In this document: in pieces, positions 56,595-64,000 of the stretch
How the letters are laid out: every line of letters begins with the position of its first letter
How positions within the stretch are numbered: the stretch's first letter is position 1
Assembly: GCF_009914755.1 (NCBI RefSeq)
Contig: NC_060926.1
DNA: 64,000 nt
From: the human T2T-CHM13v2.0 reference genome, Homo sapiens
Strand: one strand, 5' to 3'
Made by a program: the position numbers and the translations under genes
Notes under the pieces: generated by a model
The model's database searches: none
What the model was told of the DNA's origin: nothing
Seen by the model: the letters and a program-made list of their open reading frames with translations, nothing else

Positions 56595-57124
56595 CTATAA
56601 ATCTCTGATTGTTCTTGAATTATTTCTATGTATATGTCATATCAGCTCAGGTCAATTGTAAACACACGTTTTAGGAATAGTGAATGGCATCACCATAATT
56701 TATATAGTGCGTAACCTACCCAACTGTTCCTGCCTGTCCTGATTATGATTAGTTTTATATGTGGAGGTTAAAAGGTTTTGCTGTGATGCTCCTTCTGTAT
56801 TCTTTAAGTTTTTTGATCTTCCTGCTCTTCCTAAGAAATACAGAGAACAATCCCACTTCTCAGAATGATCTGAAGCTATCCTGCCATCTTTTAAGTAGAC
56901 TGCTATTGATTATTTAATTTATCAAATAACTCATTTAGCAAACATGATTTGGGTAACAACTACAGGCCAGGCTCTGGTGCCCAAGCAATGAAAAGAATAA
57001 GATTCCCCAACTGCAAAAGAACCAACATAAGATTGTCCTCATGGGGATTAGAAAATTAAAATTAAAAAATCAAAAATATCTCTCCTTTCTTTTATCCTTA
57101 AAGAGAAAACAGTTGTCAAAAATA

Positions 57125-57295
57125 ATTTTTTTTTGAGACAGAGTCTCACTGTGTTGCCTAGGCTGAAGTGCAGTGGCTATTGACAGGTACAATTATCACA
57201 CACTATAGCCTCGAACTCCTGGGCTCAACTCCTCGATCCTCCTGCCTCAGCCTACTGAGTAGCTGGGACTATAGGTGTGTACCACTGTGCCCAAC
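57125..57295 (-). mobile_element. Alu monomer (FRAM/FAM-like)
   Basis: Single reverse-complement arm with T tail. Confidence 0.85.
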
Positions 57296-57984
57296 TGTCT
57301 CCTTTATGTTCTATTTAAAATAATACACAAACTTCCTACAGCTTTTTGAAACTACTCACTTTAGTTAGTATCTATTCCCCCCTTTCTTTTATCTACAAAA
57401 TGAGGGTAAAGATGTGAATAATCTACGTCCGATTAGCAGCAAGCTACTTAACCAGAAAACACCAAAGAGGTGGTTGGGAACAGTTCATGAGCAAATAAAT
57501 TTGGAAAATGAGTCAAGTCATATTCCATCTTGGGGATTTACATGCATATTCACTTATTAAAGGGCCTGAAAAATAATTTTTTAATTTTGGCTAATCCAGA
57601 ATTTCCAAAACATATCTGACAATAGAACCACTTTTTTCATAGGTTTTCCAGCACTAACTTTAGGGACTGGTGAAGTGTTAGCCATAGGCATTCTGCATGA
57701 GAATCACCTGAGGGTAACTTTATCAAAATCTTGCAAAGAGACTTTCAAGGGTTTAAGTTAACATTTAGATCATTAATGCTTTACAGGTAATAGTGTGTTA
57801 ATGGCCAGCAGGACTAGTAGCCAGAGAGCAGAAATGGGCAGGGTGAGTGCGACAATGTCCCTAGGAAACTCCAGGCTGATGACAATAGGACTGAATTAGG
57901 AATCAAGCACCTAAATTTTAGTCCTGGTGTCCCCTCAAACCCATGTTTCATCTTGGGGAAGCCACTTTCCTCCCAGGACCATCT

Positions 57985-58500
57985 GTTAAGGGAGGGGTTG
58001 AATTAGACTGGATGGCACTACCCCTATAGGGTGTGGAAATGTATGAGGCCATTTTTGCTTGTCAGTGACTGGGAGGGTCACCACTGACATGGAGCATGGA
58101 AAAGGACTATGGATGCTAGAGATTTGTGGCATGCCAGATAGTTTCACACCTTGAAGGTTGCATGATTTTCTGATGTTCCTCTGGACATTCACATAGGAGG
58201 TTAAAAAAAAACCCCAAAATCTGATTATCTCAGATACCAATGATCCAAGCCTACAACCTAATCCCAAACTGTACATAAATGGTTTAGCATGCACTAAAAT
58301 TTCCAAGAATGCAACTACATTGCAAATCAAGAGAGAGTTGTACTTGATATATTCTTAACTTTGCCAAGAACTTTGGAATATTGCATCATTACTCATAGGC
58401 TTTAATTAAATTACCAATATTTCAAGTCTGTATCAGTCTTCGCTTGTAGCTATAGCATTCACGTTGACTCTATGCAGGGGTGTAAGCATCTGAATGTTAT
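57985..58500. mobile_element. MER20-related hAT relic
   Basis: ggaaatgtatgaggccatttttgcttgtcagtgactgggag...ggatgctaga MER20-like core. Confidence 0.6.
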
Positions 58501-58596
58501 GTCATCTAGAGCAGGCTAAAGTGTCAGTATGCTGATAAGGAGTCTGTACTGGACTGTTTCTGTTAACATCTTGCTTCTTTCATCAAGAAAGTCTTT

Positions 58597-59485
<889 letters not shown>

Positions 59486-60914
59486 GTAAAGAAAGTCTTG
59501 CTTGATGGAGACTAAAAAAAATGTCAACAAAACTAGTGTGCTTAGTGATGTATTTGATTTTATTCTGGTGTAAGCTTTTTACCTCATTGCAGACCAGTAA
59601 CAATTTATTTTATGTTTATAGCATCTTGTTCTTTTATAGTCATGTATATAAGCTTTATTATAGATATTATAGACGTATTTTATTTCAGAAAAGGAAAGAG
59701 GACATAACAAATATTGGTTATGAAAAAAGAAAACTGGGCACAATGGGATTAATATCATTGGATCTAAGGGTGGGTTGCCAAGGGCAGGAGCAGGGCATGG
59801 CAGGGTTGGGTGAGGGGCTTTAGTTTGCCTATAGCATCATTAGCTACCCCACTCAGTTCTCTGATAAGGATAATTGAGAAATCTCAACTTGGCATAAAGT
59901 GAGTGCACTTTGGGACACCTCTTTCAAACAGAACACAGGCCATGAGCCCCATCTATGTAGAAAGTCTGGGGCACTCTGCTAGTGAAGTCTAAGTTCTTTT
60001 TCAGACTTTTTGTTCCCAGTTTATTTCTACATCTTTCAAGATTTGCAATTCTATGTCTTGACCTATCAGTATAGCTACCCACGTCACAGAAAGAATTGAT
60101 GCTACTCTATCAGGGGAGCAATTCAATGCTTTTCCCACCCCTAAAATAAGGATAATTACCTCCTCCATTTCTCTGTCCCCTGAATGTGTACTGGGAAATT
60201 GACGGGAGTAAATTTTCTTTACATAGTCAATGCAATTCAGCCCAGCAAGAGTTAAAGCTGGCTTCCTGTCTCTGCTGGGGAGCCAGGCTGGATGGGGCTC
60301 CTCCTGAACTGGGCGCAGATGCCGCCATGCTTTGTTGATTACAATCTCCCACACCAAGGAGGCTTTGACTAGGTTTGACATAATCAGCTCACAGCCTCTG
60401 CCTGCACTCTTTCACAAACAGGCCATTTTCACATCTTTTTCATAGAATCCGACAAGCGGAAAAATAATTAATGTTACCTCAGCCCAACAATGACCCTGGC
60501 TCTGATTCAAAAAGAAGGCATGTTGCATAAACTGCCCTTTAATTGAGGGTTGGGGGCAGACCCCACATACTCCTGTATCGGTTCTGCCTCCCTGGCCAAG
60601 GATGATTAAGGCTTTCCTAAGATTGAGGACCCATGGTCACTGAGTAGTACTCAGTTTCAGGTTCAAAGAGCTTCCGTGAAAGAATTCTGTTCATAGTATT
60701 TAGCAAGCACAGACCTGTTGTGCTGGTCAGAGAATTCCAGATGGTACTGTTGCTTATTCCCATTTTACTGATAAAAACAAAGTGACTTCCTCTTTGCAGA
60801 AAACACAAAATTAGAACCCACAACTATTTTTTCAATGTTTCTTTTCTTTCTCTTAAAAAAGAAAATACAAATATTTGTTATTGTGGAAGTCTATGTGGTT
60901 ACCTTCACGGCTGT

Positions 60915-61790
60915 TGTGAGTGTGAAATGGTGCAGCCACTTTGGAAAATAATCTGTAAATTTCTCAAATGGTTAAACGTAGAGTTACTATTTGATCCAGC
61001 AATTCCACTTCTAGATACATATCCAAGAGAAATGAAAACCTACATTCACACAAAAAGCTGTACCTGAATATTCATAGCAGTATTATTCATAATAGCCAGG
61101 AAGTGAACACAACACAAATGTACATCAGTTGATAAATGGATAAACAAAATGTGGTATATCCATGCAATGGAATAGTATGTGATCATAAAAAGGAATGAAG
61201 TACTGATAGAGGTTATAACATGGGTGAACCTTCAAAACATGCTAAGAAGTCTGTCACACACACACACACACAATGCATATTATTTTATTTATACAAAATA
61301 TTCAGAATCGGCAGATATAGAGAGATAGATTAGTGATTGTTTCAGGCTAAGTAGCATAAAGCATTGAGGGCTGAATAGCTAAGGAATGTGACATTTATTT
61401 TTGAAATGATGAAAATATTCTAGGGCCAGGCTCAGTGGCTCACGCCTGTAATTTTAGCACTTTGGGAGGCCAAGGCGGGCGATCACCTGAGGTCAGGAGT
61501 TCAAGACCAGCCTGGCCAACATGGCGAAACCTTGTCTCTATTAAAAATACAAAAATTAGCTGGGCATGGTGGCAGGCACCTGTAATCCCAGCTACTTGGG
61601 AGGCTGAGGCAGGAGAATTGCGTGAATCTGGGAGGCGGAGTGCCCTATACTCCAGCCTGGGTGACAGAGCGAGACACTGTCTCAAAAAAAGAGAAAAGAT
61701 TCTAAAATTGATTATGGAATTTGTTACACAACTCTATACTAAACTATACTAAAAATTATTAAACTGTACACTTAACAAAAAGTGTAAAGT
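60915..61790 (+). mobile_element. L1MB/MC 3' end with (CA)n and a nested AluS (about 61424-61695)
   Basis: aaatggtgcagccactttggaaaa...cagcaattccacttctag; Alu TSD gaaaa(t/g)attcta. Confidence 0.88.
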
Positions 61791-63016
61791 GCACCCCAAT
61801 CTTACTCTAGAAAAATAATTGTCAAATTGTGGGCCAAGAGCCCTGAAGATTCCGAAGGTTTTGCAGGGGTTATCTGTGAGTTTTTACCTTTTCAACTATA
61901 TACTCATGTGAGACTGGACTTCCTAAATCATTCAGCTTAAAATATCATGAATTTCTTTATATAATTTAGCAATAAAACATAGTACAATGGATTGAATAAA
62001 AAAAGCAGAGATAAGAATCAAAGTGTCAATTTTTGACCAAGCCATAAGAAATCTTCAATAATTTAAAAAGAAAAAGAGTTAATTAACATGGTCACCAGAG
62101 AAAATCTGGAAAATATGGAAAAGTAAAAAAAGACAGTGAATGTCTTTCAGGATCCGACTAACCACAGAGAACCACTGATAGCATGTGGGCACGCTTCCAT
62201 CTGGTCTTTTTCTGCCTCCTTGAGTCCCACCCACATCTTGTGAAGTGGTGAAGCTGTGGCAAGGGACCCAGCTCTGCTGAGCAAGCCCCTTCCCTCTTTG
62301 TCTTTCCACCATTCTCTTACAAGTAGAATAGCCAATATCTGCTTGCTTCAGGGTGGCAGGATCCCATTTATAACTGCTTAAGACTATGTTTACTTACTGA
62401 ATACAAAAGTAGCACATGATCATTCTAAAAAAATATTGTGTGTGTGCATCTGTGCATCATGAATGTATAAAGCAGAAAGCAGGCTGATACGGTGTACTGG
62501 ATCCAGGTGGCAAGTGCAAACACATCTCTTAAACTTGCCAAACCCAAATCCCTTAAAATGACAGAAAAGTGGCTTAACGATAAGTTTATTATAGTAAATG
62601 AGAACAGATGTCACTAACAGACCAGAAATCATGAAGAATTCCCAGAAGACAGAATGTAGAATGGAAACAGATGAATGAGAGGAGAAACTCCAAACATACT
62701 CTGTCAAAAAGTACAGATGAAGAAAAAGAAATCCAGAGAAACACCAAATTCCAAGTCAAATAATAGATTCACTGTCTCTTGTCTGCAATTCTTAAATCCA
62801 AAAGGTTCTCAAAACAGAAAGATTTTTTTCCCCTAAGTTTGGCACAAACTCAGTTGCAGCAAAATCTGACCAGGACTGATGTAAAGCTATTTGTAGATTT
62901 TATTTATCTTACTTTGTGTGAATATTCATTTCTTTCTTTGCAAAAAAAGTTAATATGTCTGATTACAGGATGCTACCCTAGACCCACTGGGAGTATTATG
63001 AAATATCAGTAGATGC

Positions 63017-63460
63017 TATGCTAGTTAACACTGAGTGTCAACTTGATTGGATTGAAGGTTGCAAAGTATTGATCTTGGGTTTTTCTGTGAGGATGTTTCC
63101 AAAGAAGCTTAATATTTGAGGCAGTGGGCTGGGGAAGGCAGACCCATCCTTAATCTGGTGGGCACAACCTAATCAGCTGCCAGCAAATATAAACCAGGCA
63201 GAAAAATGTGAAAAGGTGAGATAGGCCTAGCCTCCCAGCCTACATGTTTCTCCCATGCTGGATGCTTCCTGCCCTCAAACATCAGACTCCGAGTTCTTCA
63301 GTTTTGAAACTCAGACTGGCTCTCCTTACTCCTCAAGCTTGCAGACAGCCTATTGTGGGACTTTGTGATTTTGTAAGTTAATATTTAATAAACTCCTATA
63401 TATATATATAAAATATATCTCCTATTAGTTCTGTCCCTCTAGGGAACCCTGACTAATACA
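63017..63460 (+). mobile_element. MLT2A1/A2 (HERV-L) solo LTR
   Basis: actgagtgtcaacttgattggattgaagg start; aataaactcc-(TA)n-ttagttctgtccctctagggaaccctgactaataca end; TSD gatgc at 63012-63016 and 63461-63465. Confidence 0.93.
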
Positions 63461-63484
63461 GATGCTATGAACATCCTTTCTCTG

Positions 63485-64000
<516 letters not shown>

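Overview
Catarrhine-primate (probably human) intergenic DNA. It is dominated by interspersed repeats: about 70 Alu or Alu-monomer copies counted by eye, a 5'-truncated L1PA, many old L1M, L2 and MIR fragments, MaLR and ERVL LTRs, and Tigger, Charlie and mariner DNA-transposon relics. No intact protein-coding gene is visible, and almost every ORF in the track is Alu- or L1-derived. Recognisable non-TE features are a disabled MRPL45 processed pseudogene (- strand), two U6 snRNA retrocopies (- strand), an orphan CpG island with a strong CTCF motif, and a few repeat-free stretches rich in homeodomain and Sox motifs. From memory, human MRPL45P1 lies at 2p11.2 near FOXI3; this was not verified. The most unusual signal is a cluster of non-transpositional, locally templated insertions with fold-back filler. 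They include a 377-bp copy from 1.7 kb away inside a MER46, a patchwork inside a FLAM containing an 80-bp copy from 2.9 kb away plus a MIR piece, and a MADE1 carrying extra flanks. Together they look like scars of double-strand-break repair by capture of nearby DNA. I see no evidence for a new gene system. Repeat subfamily names and boundaries were assigned by eye and are approximate.
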